64,000 nucleotides of DNA from Raillietiella orientalis (lineage: Eukaryota), in the NCBI GenBank assembly GCA_036172245.1, contig JAYWIR010000034.1, forward strand, positions 2,170,001 to 2,234,000, in the 5' to 3' direction. This document shows, one piece after another, positions 12,551 through 24,500 of this stretch. Made by a program: the position numbers and the translations under genes. The notes below the pieces were generated by a model that was not told the DNA's origin, did not search any database, and saw only the letters and a list, made by a program, of their open reading frames with translations. Every line of letters begins with the position of its first letter. The first letter of the stretch is position 1.

Positions 12551-13959
12551 GCAGTCGCTTCGAGTTCCATTTCACAGGGTGGTAGTGGCGACAGTGGATA
12601 AAAAAAACAGTAGTGGCGACAAGGATTCGGCCATGGGTGGATGGATACCTCAGAGGGACTCCAGAATCGGGTTATTCTTACGGTGACATCAATCATTCCG
12701 GCGCGCCTTCCTGCCGGGTCTTCGCGGGCCATTCCGTGCCGATGGCTGCTGCCCTCGAGGCAGGGCTGCGCGCTCGCGCGGGGTGAGCCGTCGAGCAGGC
12801 GCGCCTTTGAGGCGGCGCGTACGAATTGCGCGCTCTCAGCTAGGCGTGCGGTATGAGTACGCGTGCGCGTCGAGCGGATTCGCGATGGCCAGCGCGCGTT
12901 TGCACGCGGGGGTTGGAGCGCCCGGAGCACAAGTCCCGGAGATGAGCACGGAACCGAGGCTCCTGTTCGGTCCACGTGCGTGCGCGTGCGCATTGTACGT
13001 TGCTTCCGCACGCACGCACTTGTTTTATTCATAGAAGAGCACGTGTTTTCACACGCGCGTAGGAGGACACAGGCGATGGCAAGGAGGTTTCCCCGAGGGA
13101 CTGAGGTCCTTGCATCCAGCAGAAGGGTCGAGAGGGCGAATGACTTCTCGACGACTCCAGCTGCTGGCAGCGTCTCCGACGAGGTGGAGCTCCTTACAGC
13201 CAGGAGCCCTCTTGCGCCCACGCTACACGCGGACACCTCTCCTAAACCGTGACCTGCCACCGCGTTTGTGACTTAATGGTGGAAGCAGCAGGCAGCCGCT
13301 AGCTAAGTTGCTCACCGCGTCCTTCGGAGGAGGGCGAATGGTCGGCCAGCTTTCAGCAGCGGCGGGGACGCGGCACTCCTGGGAAAGGGAGCGGTGTAGG
13401 AGCCAGAGGGCTGGAAAGGTGATCTCGGAGTGGTCCGCAGTTACTGCTGCGGTTGCTCCTGGCATCGGGCTGCTTTCAGGGGTGCAGTGGCAGCAGATTC
13501 CAGTTCTCTCAAGGCGTGCTTCCCAAGACGCGCCCAGGAAGCGCCGGTCACCCCCCGAGGTACGAAGTTTTGGTGGTCCTTCCTGAGTTAGGAGAGCGAG
13601 AAGGATAGGCGAGGGAGCAGGGGAACCCGTGGACCTAAATTCCAAAATCAAAGAGAGAGCCTCCTGCGAGCCAGCTTTCGGATGTTGGTGACGGGGAGAG
13701 ACGGATGCTGATGCTGAGGAGAGGGAGGAGGAAGAGTAGGAAGGGAAGTTGCCGGAGGATGCCGGAGGACGGGCACGCAGCCCCAGCCAGCCTCCCCCGT
13801 GCACGCAGCTCCCGCCCCCGGCCGGACATGGCGAAACGCCATCTGGCGCGCACAGCAGCGGGCGCCCCCCTTCACCCCCCGCTCGACTGCGGAGAGGTAT
13901 GCGCGCGCGCTCTGCAAGCCGGCGGTCCGGTCGGCTGTTTTCTCCCCCGAACGCCTGCC

Positions 13960-14600
13960 GCCCTACTGCTCCGTCCTACTGCCCCCAAGGAGAACCTTCG
14001 CGCTGGTCAGTTTTCCGCTGCCCGAGCACGAACTGCGGCTGAAACCACAGTCCCCCAAAACCTCCAGTAGGAGAAGGACCGCGAAGATGCTCGGTGCGTG
14101 AGCCTTTGCCGGCGAGGTTGGGGCGGATGCTCCAGTGGCGCGCGCGCCTCCCTGACGCAGCCGCCGCCCGCGTCCTCTCCCTTCGATCTTTTTGTTTTTC
14201 CCGAGCCCATGGAGCCAAGCGACCTTCTCGACGCCATCTTGGAAATTTCGACGGGCGTCTCCTCTCCCGTCTCGGTCGTCGGGAGCATTCGAGCACAACG
14301 CAGGCGCCACACTGGCATGTCTTCCGCGCACACCGAGCGGCACTTTCCCTAGGTGTCGCTCCCTGGCTCACATGAGTGGTGGTCGCCGGAGAAACTAGGC
14401 CGCGGGTCGCGTGCTTTTCCTTTCTTCCTGCGCCTCCTCTTCCCCGGAGGAGGGAGCGGGAAAAAACTGTTCTCATCCTCCTTCCCGCGAGCACGATCTT
14501 CTGGGAGATCCGGGCCGGGGACGTAGGGAAAGCAGGCGGGCGGGAAGCACAGGGGGACCCCACCGTCAGGGAGGCCACCGCATTTCCGTGCTTCTCTCAA
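13960..14600 (-). mobile_element. 3' part of decayed RTE-like LINE
   Basis: KKIEGRGRGRRLR resembles the RTE C-terminal G-x-R-x-RGRP motif. It is an inverted homologue of 16071-16328. Confidence 0.5.
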
Positions 14601-16328
14601 GGCTTCCCGTTTCTCTCACGGAAAAGTCCCCAAGGTCTCCTCAGACTCCCATGGGGGCTGCTCACCTCTTTTTCCCTGAGATCCGCCCGCGCTCGACGCA
14701 AGGGACGCACCGGGGGAAGAGAGGGAAGGGAAATCGGGAGCTGAAGAGGCAGTGGGATGTACCCTCTCGCACAGCTACTCGGGGCGCGGTCGGGGTGGAC
14801 CGGAGGGCAGACCTGGACGGATGGAAGGGCACTACACCCGTCCACCTGCTCCTCTCCACCCCTTCCCCGGCAGCGGTTCTTAGAACGCGGGAGCATGGGG
14901 AAGGGGAAAGCCATCCGACCAGGGAAGGGCCCTTCCCTCCCACCGGCTGAGCGCGCGCGCCTGCCGGCGGAGGGCGTGGCGGCTGCGACAGGGAGGGGGA
15001 GGCCGTCGTTCCCGAAGGGAACGGCTCGCCTTCCCGGAGGGTCGGGCTGCCGCTTCCCATCCGAGCCACCCCCGCGCGCGCCGGCGATCGCGTGCGCGCC
15101 CGCCCCTTGCGTGCACGGCGTCGCGTGACGGGTGTCGGGCATGCCCAGCATCCAGCCGCCCGCGCGCTTCGACCGGGGCCGAGCCTATCCCGGAGGACAG
15201 AGAATTTCCCAACGGATCCCGGAAGCGCCCTTTCCACGGGGAGCTCTCCAAAGGAAGCAGGAATAGTCAGGAAGAGGAGAGGAAGAAGCGGTGGGCCGAG
15301 GGTGGGAGCGGAGGGGACGTGCAGGGCAGGTCGATGGGGGACATGATGGACGAAGGGATGAGAAAAGAAAAGAAAAAGGCTATGAACCGGAAGGAGAAGA
15401 AAGGGGAGCGAAACAAAAAGCAAGGAACGGGTGGTGGGGGAAGGGGAAAGAGGAACGTCAGGAAAGACGCCGGGAAAGAAGCAGGAAATCAGGAGTCGGG
15501 ACGTTCCACCCGTTCCCCCTGATTTTCGAGGGAAACGTATCGGAGGGATCTCATCCCGTGACGGGAGGAGCCACCGAGCTGGCGAGCCTGCCCAGTTCAG
15601 GAACACCTCGGGAAGGAGTGTCCTCCGCCGCTGATGGGCAACTTGGAGGAATGGGAACCTTCCTGAAAGGAGCTCCACCTCCCGGTGGCTGCGACAGAGT
15701 GAGGTGGGATTGATGAGGAAGCTGCTGGAAAAGCATCCTTCTCTTGGCTTAGGAGTCGCACTGGGAAGGCTCCTCCGGTTGTCGGGAGAGTCCTGCCGCT
15801 GCCTCTGTTGCTGGGAGGGAAACGCTGGGCACGGGGGAAAAAGGATGGATAAGGAAGGGCAAAATGAAGGAGCGGGTCAGCACCCACTTCCTCCCCGAGG
15901 GTTGTCCCTTACTATACCTTTCCTCTCTTCCTGGTTCCATCTCTTCTTGATGCATGCATGCTTACTGGAAACTTCTCCGGTAGGCCGAGCTCTTGGAGAA
16001 ACTCGGTTGCTAGAAAAGGCGGACGAGGAGGAATGCAACGACCACTTCCTTCCTGTTGGAGAGGGTTTCCTTATGCTTCCCGCCCTCCCATTTTCCATAC
16101 GGCCCCGTCCCGGATCTCCCGGAAGATCGTGTTCGCGGGAAGGAGGGTGGAAACGTTTTTTTCCCGCTCCTTCCTCCGGGGAAGAGGAGGCGCAGGAAGA
16201 AAGGAGGAGCATACCACCCGCGGTCTAGTTTTCCTGGCGACCACCATTCATGTGGGCCAGGGGGCGACACCGAAGGAAGGTGCCGCTCGGTGTGCACGGA
16301 AGGTGCGCCAGCGTGGCGTCTGCTGTGT
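14294..16328. repeat. Inverted repeat pair, arms ~14294-14552 and ~16071-16328
   Basis: About 260-bp arms, roughly 80-85% identical (e.g. CCTCCGGGGAAGAGGAGGCGCAGGAAGAAAGGA shared). Spacer ~1.5 kb. Confidence 0.9.
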
Positions 16329-16620
16329 TTTCATGGCACATGGCGCAGCCGCGGAGTCCCATATGAGGACGCGAAGACGGGCAAACGCAGAAACTTTGTC
16401 GCAATAAAGGATTTCGATGATGATTGCAGGATGCTCACCGACATGCTGCATGCTGAGGTCTTTCTGCTGCGAGGTGTCAAAAGGGACATCAAAGGTCAGG
16501 TATATTGATCGAGTCAAGGAGAACAAAAGGGCGCTTGTCAGACTGCCGCGGTCTTGCAAGCAGACTGGTGACTGGAGAGGAAAAGAAGACCTGACTAAAG
16601 ACCCAACTGATAATCCTGTT
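15950..16620 (+). mobile_element. 3' part of decayed RTE-like LINE
   Basis: KGTSKVRYIDRVKEN...QTGDWR matches the RTE C-terminus (GRP-x-x-R-[WY]-x-D-x-V...DR-x-x-WR). Confidence 0.55.
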
Positions 16621-19449
16621 GCCGAAATGGTAAAAGAAGTTAACTCCCTAACAACTTCGTTGGCAGCATCCGTGGAATCTGCACGCTCGTAGCCCCATTA
16701 TAGCGCATCTGATGTATGATCCTTGCCGCCTCCCTTACTCCCATTGTTAGCTTGAGATGAAGTTTCGGTTACAGTGGAGATTTGCATGCCGAGAGGAATC
16801 GCTAGTGGCATGTGATAGATTTCCGTTCCCAAAGGGAACGCTGATGGCACACGTGTTGCCGCCGGGTAAGCGGTAGATTTGCATGCCAAGGCGGAGCGCT
16901 GGTGCTCGAGAACTGTCCGATGAAGAATACGAACAGCGCTGACCACTATAAACAAAGTGGGCAAGGTCGGTAACCGCATTCTCTCCAGGAGTGCTCGCTG
17001 TGGGAGCTAGACAGGAACTCGGTGGTCTTCTAGGATAGGGAAGGGGAAGAGGGAGGTATTCGGAGGAAACATAGAATGGGCAAGGAAAGCCCTCGAAGAA
17101 ACGGGAGAAAGAGGGGAGGTGGCTTCCCCTGACCCTTTGCGCCGTTCCATTTTCCGACATTGCAACCTTTCCATGTGCGACCATCTGCGGGGAACTGTTC
17201 CAGACCAACGGGAACAGAAAGATCCCTCTCTTGAGTCCCCGACCAAATATCGATTCCAACATTCCGTGCCTGCCTCCATGGACTTCGGGAGTGGATCGGG
17301 TAGGAACAGGGAGAGACCATCCCGGATCGTCTGAGCAGAACGGGAGCGATCCGGCAGCGGCAAAGAGAAAGCGACCCTGGACTGCTCCTGGAGACGATGC
17401 CCGTTCTCGTCCTGCGACGCAGGCCGTTTTTTTGCGGGGGTGGTGCTGCTGTCCGAGGACCCTGTGGAGAGCAGTGGCAGGGATGAACCGCCCTTCATCG
17501 GGAGCTGGACAGGTCGCAGGAGGAAGTAAAGCAAGGGCAGTGGGGTCAGGAGACCTCTTCCTCTGTCTCCTCTTCCGGTTCCTTCTGCAGAAGGAGGCAT
17601 CATTGTGCTTGCTACTACCCTCAATGGGGCCAGGAAAGAAACGGAGAGACGGCTGAAGGAAGAGGAAGGTGCGCGCGCTTCACGCTCTCGCTGCCCTCAC
17701 CCCAGTCCTTCTTCTGTCCTTACCCGGTTCCAACGGGGAGAGTTCGAGCGACCTACATCCCCTGTAGGGAAGCGAAGGAGGAGAATCGTTCCCTCCGCCC
17801 CGACCGCGGTGAATTCGCCGGTGGCACGAGTCCCGTCCATTCCCCTGAGGGCGGAGTCACAGGTCCGCGAGATGCCGGGTCGCTTCCGCCTTCCGTTGTT
17901 CGTCTTTCGGACAGAGCCCCTCCCATGGAGGGGCACGAGTCCTCCAGAGGGGGTGAAGGTTGGGGGGAAGAGCGTGCCCTCCATCCTTCTCCCTCATTCT
18001 TCCCATTCGCATCTCCCCCTTTTATTTTATTTGAATTTTTTTTTCCTGTTCCCTCTACATGGATGAGGAAGGGTTAGGGGCGGAAATGAGAATGAGGGGA
18101 GGGACTCCTCCTGGACTCTTCACGCGCTTCCTCGGCGTGCTGCACATGACTCCGAGCGTCAGTTTGCCGGGGCTGCTTCCATGGTGACGTGTGCCGGCGT
18201 CGACAGTCGGCCGTGGTGGCTCCTCTTGTGAAAGGCAGGCGAAAGTGGGTGGAGTGGGGTGGAGGAAAAAGGAGGGTGAGAAAGGGAAAAAGGAAAGAGG
18301 AAGGACGTGGCCAGAGGGCGCTTCCCTCCCTCGGGGCTCTGCAGTCACTGCTTGCCGCTTCCAAGAGTGGCCAGAAGCACCAGCAGCAGCGGCACTACCA
18401 GCGTCGAGGGGCCGCGACCCCGGGTTTCCGGTTCCCCGCTGGCTTCGATCTCCCCTGGAAAAGCAGAGAAACCGTCATGATCGGGTCCGAGGGTTGGCGC
18501 TGCGGGAAGGGGGGACAAGGCGGGGGAAGACGATCCCCCCTTCTCGGCCTGTAGGCCTTACTCCGTTTCCAGGGAGGGAAGAGGGAAGGAACGACGGAAG
18601 AGAGTCTGCCCCCAGGGGAGGTTCATCCCCAGGAGGACTTTCTACGGACACGCGAAAGCCGTCCGCTTGCCCTGCTCCTCCCACTCCGCCTCCTTCCGTG
18701 CGCAGTCCGGTGCCGGCGGCGCTCCGCGTCGAGCGACCCCCCCGCAGTGGTCACCTCGGCTGCCGTCAGTGCGGCCCCTTCTCATGGGGCTGCGGTATCC
18801 CCGCGCCTATCTCACGCGCTGTTCGCACGCAATGCTGTTGCTGTCACGCGAGCGAACCTTCCCGAAGGCGCTCCCGCGGATCCCGGTGGCGAGCCCCTCC
18901 CGGAAGAAGGAAGAGCTCCTTCGTCTCCTTCCCCGCTCTGCTTCCCTCTCCTTCCGGCAGGAGGTCTCTTTTCTCCCAAAGAACCCCTAGAGAGTCAAAG
19001 GGCCAGGGGTCTTCCTTCTCCTGGAGGGCCCCCACACCCCCGTTGCAAACCGGACAGACCGTCGAGGGTGAGGGATGGGCAAGGGGGGAAGAAGGGAAGG
19101 TCGGTCTCCGAGTGCTTTCCGGTCGGGCACAGAGGAAGCTACCGGGCAGAGAGCATGTCATCTCTTCGGAGGATGCGCCCCTCCCCACTTCCACCTCGTT
19201 AGGCTCGCGCCGCTATTGCCCTCTCGGCGGCAGCAGCGAGTGGAGCAGCTGCGAGCGCGCCCTCCCGTCGCCGCTTGGCGCCACTGTTGTCCGGATGCTG
19301 CTGCGCCGTGCTGCTGTCCGTCCGGCTGCTGCCGCATCGAATTCCAGGGGAGATTCCTCTCACCAGAGCATCCGTCGATCTCTCCCCACTGCCCCGAGGA
19401 AGCAGCTGTTGCGCCACGGATTTCGAACCGCTCTTGAAGGATGAACCGG

Positions 19450-21500
19450 GATCTGAGAAGTTGGTTTGGAGTCCTGTTCGAAGGCCGCAGGGGTATATGT
19501 GGGTGGGGTGTTGGTAGTGAGGAACCGCTCATTTTACCGACTCTTAAGTCCTGTTCCTTTCCTCCCTCCCTCACCCCATCCAAAGTGGAAAGAGGCCCCG
19601 TTCCACATCCTCCTGTGGAGGACGTTCAGGAGAGAGTGATGGGCGCTGCACCCCTGTGCAGGCGGATACACGAGCGCAGCGTCCCGAGGAGAGCCGAAGG
19701 GTCGTTCCTGGAGCTGCGAGGCAGGAAAAAAAGCAGGAAGCAAGCGGTCGTGTTGTATCGGGGAGAAACATGGGGTCGGTTGCTAAGCAGCATCCATTCC
19801 CTTTCAACTTCCGCGATTTGAGGGAGATTAAAATCATGAGGAAATGATGGCGAAGATGAGGACGACAAAGGAGATGATGAGGAGATGACGGGAATGATGG
19901 GAAAATGGGGATGATAAGAAGAAGAGGATGAGAACACGGTGGGGGCGAGGAGATGGAATGAGAAGTTGATGACGACGACAAGGATGATGATGCTAAGGAG
20001 ATGCCACAGACGATCTCGACGACAACAATAGCAATGAGATGATGGGGACGATGAGATGCTGGAGATGAAGAGTCAGTGATGATGAGGAGACGATGGGGGA
20101 ATGAGAAAATAGGAAGGATGAGAAAATGATGACGACGACAACGACGATATTGAGATAGTGAAAATGACGAGATGATGGGAATGAAGAGATGCTTAAGATG
20201 AGGGGGTGATCTCAAGATGAGGATGACGATGAGGTGGTGAAGACGAGAGAAATGATGGGGATGAGAAGAAGGTGGAGATGATGAGATCATGGCGCTGAAG
20301 AGATGATGGGGATGAAGAGGAAACGAGGATGAGGAGATCACGAAGATGATGGTGAGGAGATGGTGAGGATGACGAGGAGGAGAGAAGAACAGGAGGGAGA
20401 GGTTGCTCTCGAGTGCGGATCAGGAGGCCCTCTTGGAGTCGTCAGGGAGCGATGCAGCAGGAGCTCATCCCCTGCTGCCACGTCCACACATTTCGAGGGT
20501 CACCAGCGGGGTTGTCCTCCATTCTGCGCGATCCTTCTCACCTGCGTCGGACAGATGGAGGAGAGCGTGGAACAGCCCTGGGACCTGCGTAACGGTTCCA
20601 CCTCTTCCTTAAAGGAAGGGGAGGGGAAGCGGCTGAGGGGGGAAAGGGAAAGGAAATGGCTTTCCTGCCTCCTTCCCTCGCGAAGGGCACTGGAATAGAG
20701 CGTCCAGGAGTGGCCGCACTCGGCTCCGGGAGCTCCCGTGGGAATAGGGAAGGGAGGGAGAACTCCCAAACTCTTCCGAAAAGAAGGGGGGCGGGAAGGG
20801 GGTGAGAGGAGGAGAGCCATTGGGAGCCGTCCTGTTACCATTAACAGGACGGCCCTCCCGCGAAAGTGATGGACGCCAAAGCAACGGGGAGGGGGAGGTC
20901 CGGGCAACTGCAAGCGGAGAAGGAAGGGAGGGAGTGTCTCACAGCATTCCCTTCGGCATTTGTGGGTTTTCTGGGCGGGAAGGGCAGAAGAAAAGGGAGA
21001 GGAAGGTAAAGGCTAGCGAGAAAATCAGCATCCTCTGAGGGTTTCGCAGTCCAGGGTCCTCCCTGGAAGCTGAGCGGACCCAAGAGTGGGCATTCTGGCT
21101 GCTGCGGAAGGTCTTCGCATCCCTCCGTTCCAAGGCGGACGCGGGACGTCCAGAAGCAATCTTCCTTCTCTTCTCGCTTGCTTGCGCGAATCTTGGTCCG
21201 GGATGAAGTGAGGCAGAAGGGGAAATGAGGAAAGCCTTCCCGGGTTCCTAAGGCGGTCTCCGCGGGAGTGCGACCACCGAGAGAAATGAACTTTCCTGGA
21301 AGGAGCGCTGGCTCCCGTGGCTTCCCACCCGGAGGGCAAACTGCAAGCTCCATGAAGGAAATCCGGCAGTGCCGGCGACGCAAGACCGAAGGAGACCCCG
21401 AAGCATTCCCGGGAGCGATATAGGAGGCAGGATCGCGCCGCCGATCTCTTTTCCTCCTCGAACAGCAGCGGGGGAAAGGGAGGAATCCGTGGCGATGAAA
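19450..21500 (+). mobile_element. Decayed Tx1/L1-like ORF2 (linker and RT) interrupted by a GAT-rich repeat
   Basis: Ordered degenerate motifs: ERVMGA..CRR...SFLEL (GA-x-IRSR...FF linker), SSPAATSTHFEGHQ (KSPG-DG-x-x-x-EFY), KWLSCLL (WRPISLL), GVSHSIPFG (D-x-VSH). The element probably extends further on both sides. Confidence 0.5.
19836..20400 (+). repeat. Degenerate (GAT/GAG/GAC)n low-complexity tract
   Basis: About 560 bp dominated by GATGA, GAGAT and GACGA words. Confidence 0.9.
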
Positions 21501-24500
21501 ACCTCCCTCCCGGGGGGGAGGGGAACAGCCGGTCCATCCGGCGTGGTATCCCTCGCCTACCCGCCTCACCGTTCCGGATCCTCGGTTTCTGCTAAGCAAC
21601 CACATCCATTTCTCCTCTCTTCCCTTCTTTCTTGTTCCTTCTCTTCCCTTTCTTCCTCTTCTTCCTCCTCTCCTTCTATTCCTTTCCTCCTTCTCCCTGT
21701 GCATCTTTCCGGGAAAACCGACGAAGCGAAGACCGAGGGAAGGAAGAGGTGGACAGTGAGGGAAAGGGTGTAAGGTGGGAGGCTCAATCTCCTCCTCCTT
21801 TCCTCAGGAGATCCGGCGCACGCGCTCAGAATCCTCCCCCTCTCTTCTCAGGGCGGCTGCAGGTGAGCACCGGAGGCGTCGCGATCGGACAGCCCGGGAG
21901 GTCCCCGGTCGGCTCCACGGGCGGCGGCGGGCGCTCGTGCGCGCGCCGAGGCTCCGCATTCTGAAACGAATCCCCTCCGAGGGAGCGGCTCCGGCGGCTC
22001 CTGCGGGACGCCTCCCGGGGGAACGCCCCGGAGAGAGATGTGAGCTCGCGGATCAGCTTCTGCATCCAGGAGCGACCCCCGCTCCCCCGGAAATGCTCGG
22101 AAGGAAATCCTTGCGATCTCCTAATTGCCGTCCCAGTCGGGAAGAGGATGAACTCCTGAGGCCTCACCGGAAGTGCCTCCCGATTGGAGCAGTGCCTCAT
22201 TTTCTCCCCTCCTCCTTTCTCCCGGCTGGCGGTCCCGAGAGACAGGAAACGAGACGAGGGGGAGCGGCAGCCGGGAAGGGGTCAGAGCGTCCCCACTGGC
22301 GAAGATGTCGGGGCCCCGAGCCGCCTTCGTGGATGCTGATCGCGCAGTCGGAAACGGGAGGGGGGGGGGTAACGATGCGGACTCTTCGGATGCCAGCATG
22401 GTCCGCTCTCCCGACCCACACCCCAAGGATTCGGAGGACGGAAGGTGGGTCTGAAGGCGTCACCCCTTCGCAAACGAAGGGTCCGAGCCTCCTGCGCGCA
22501 AGGGGCAAGGACTCCTACCCACCCATCTCGATACTTACCCCCACGCCGAAAGGAGGCCTAACGGGAACTCGTCACCACGATTCACTGACGCGCAGGCTGC
22601 ACCTCCACAAGGTCGAACGTCAACCATTCGCGCGGTGGGGAGCCGCCAGTGGGCGGGCGCTCTCCCCCTTTCCCTCCCCCTCCGTGTCACCCCTTCATCC
22701 ACCCCCTTCCACTCAGAGCTTGGGAAGGAGGGTGTCTCCGCTCCTGGGGTGCTTTTCGAAGGTGGGAACGCCACCTCGTAGGTTCGAGGTGGCGCTCCAG
22801 CCACCTGTCGCGCGAAGCAGCAGAGTTCCTGGAGGGCAGCTCACGGCAAGGCAGCCCCCCTTTCCCTTTTTGGGGTTTCCGACGAGGCGGAGAGAGGCAA
22901 CCCCGACTGGTTCCTTGGGAAACGGAAGCAATGGAGCCAGAAGGGGTTCAGCAAGCGGGGTGCCGCCGCGTTTCCGAAACGATGCTCGAGCCCCTGGCGG
23001 TCTCTCCCTCCTCCTATCCCTAAAAGTGGGTCGAACGCCCTCTCACCCTGAAGGAAGGGCTACACTCTTCGGGGAAGTCGGGAGACTTCCCCGTGCTCCA
23101 AAGAACTGACGATTCCCCCCTCCCCCTCCCTACGGGAAACGACGCCCCCAATTTCCCTTGAGCTTTCCAGGCAGCCTGGGGACAAGAAGGATCCTTTTGC
23201 TAGGTGGAATTGTGGGGCATGGTCCATGCAGCCACCGGGTTCCTGGCTTCCCAGCTTTCCGCCTTTCTACGTCTCCACCTCCGCGTTGTTTCCATCCTGG
23301 GGCCATGCTTTCGGGAAATGCCAGAGGGACTGTCGGCTGCTGTGAGCACCGCTGGCACGGAAGAGGACGTCCGGCCTCGGCCGCCGGACCCTGCTGCAGT
23401 GGCCGATGGAGGAGCAGCAGCGCTCGCCTTTCCCTTTCCCCACCCTACTTCTTCCTCAGGGCTGAGCGCGAGAAGAGGACGAGGAGGAAGGAATGTTCTT
23501 CAGAGGAGTTCCGAGACTTTCCACAGTATCCGGACTGGTCTCCTGGGAGCCTTCCAGTGGGGGAGGGGAGGGGACGTCGCTAAGCAACCGTCTTTTCCCA
23601 TCAGCAGGACGATGGAGGCAAGGCAAGAACGCCCGCGGTGGCGGCGGTGCAACCAACCTTCCTTGAAGAAGATTCCCTTCCCGAACTTTCATGAAAAAGT
23701 CCCGAAACGAAGTCCCGGTTCGGGCAGAGAGGAGGAGGAGGGAAAGAGACCGGTCGTCAGGGACTGTCAGCTGGTAACCGTGAAGACTTGCAACCGGTCG
23801 AGGGCCGACGATGGGAACTTCGAAGGAGGGAAGGAAAAAAGGAAGGAGGGGGTTCCATGGGATGGAAACGCCCGTCGGAAGGGAGCTTGGGGGGATCTGC
23901 TAGGGGGTCCCTGAGAAAAGAGGAAAGCTGAAAGATGCCCTGAGGGCACGCTCCGGCGGACGGATCAGTGACTCCGGAAGTTTTTCGCTCCCCTGGACAA
24001 CACTCCCCAGAGTCCCGGAATTAGGATCTCCTTCAGCTTCAACTCCCTGATCTGAGCCAGGAGGACCCTCGTATGGAGACCCTCGGCGCTCCCTGTGGGT
24101 TTTCCAGCTCCCTTCCGGGTGCCGGCAAGAGAATTCCAGCTCGGCTCTTTCCAACCTCCTGTACTCATTTTTCTCACGACTTTATTGAACGCTCCGTCCC
24201 GGCCAACTCTCCCCTCTCCTCAGTTACGTGACGGGAGGAGGGGAGGATCGGTCGGGTCGACCCTCACTCTCATCCCAACGGCATCGTCTCCACGCAACCG
24301 CCATGTGTTGGCCGGAATACCGCGGACACTGAACCCCGGTGTCCCGCTGTCCCGCCGCGTCCTCGAGCCTCTGAGAAGGGAGGAAGTCATCCTTTCGGGT
24401 AGGGGGGCTTTCCTCCTGCGCGGTCATGTGCGCCAGGGAAGGGGCGAGAGAATGGGGAGCGCCAGTCGGTGGGACCCGGAAACTGCAGTGGGAGACGAGG

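Noticed and set aside
21775..23109. Long ORFs (444 aa here; also 18191-19444, 7309-8427, 14662-15678, 49625-50614)
   Set aside because: Arg/Pro/Gly/Ser-rich with no domain signature, as expected from stop-poor GC-rich sequence that is at least partly LINE-derived.
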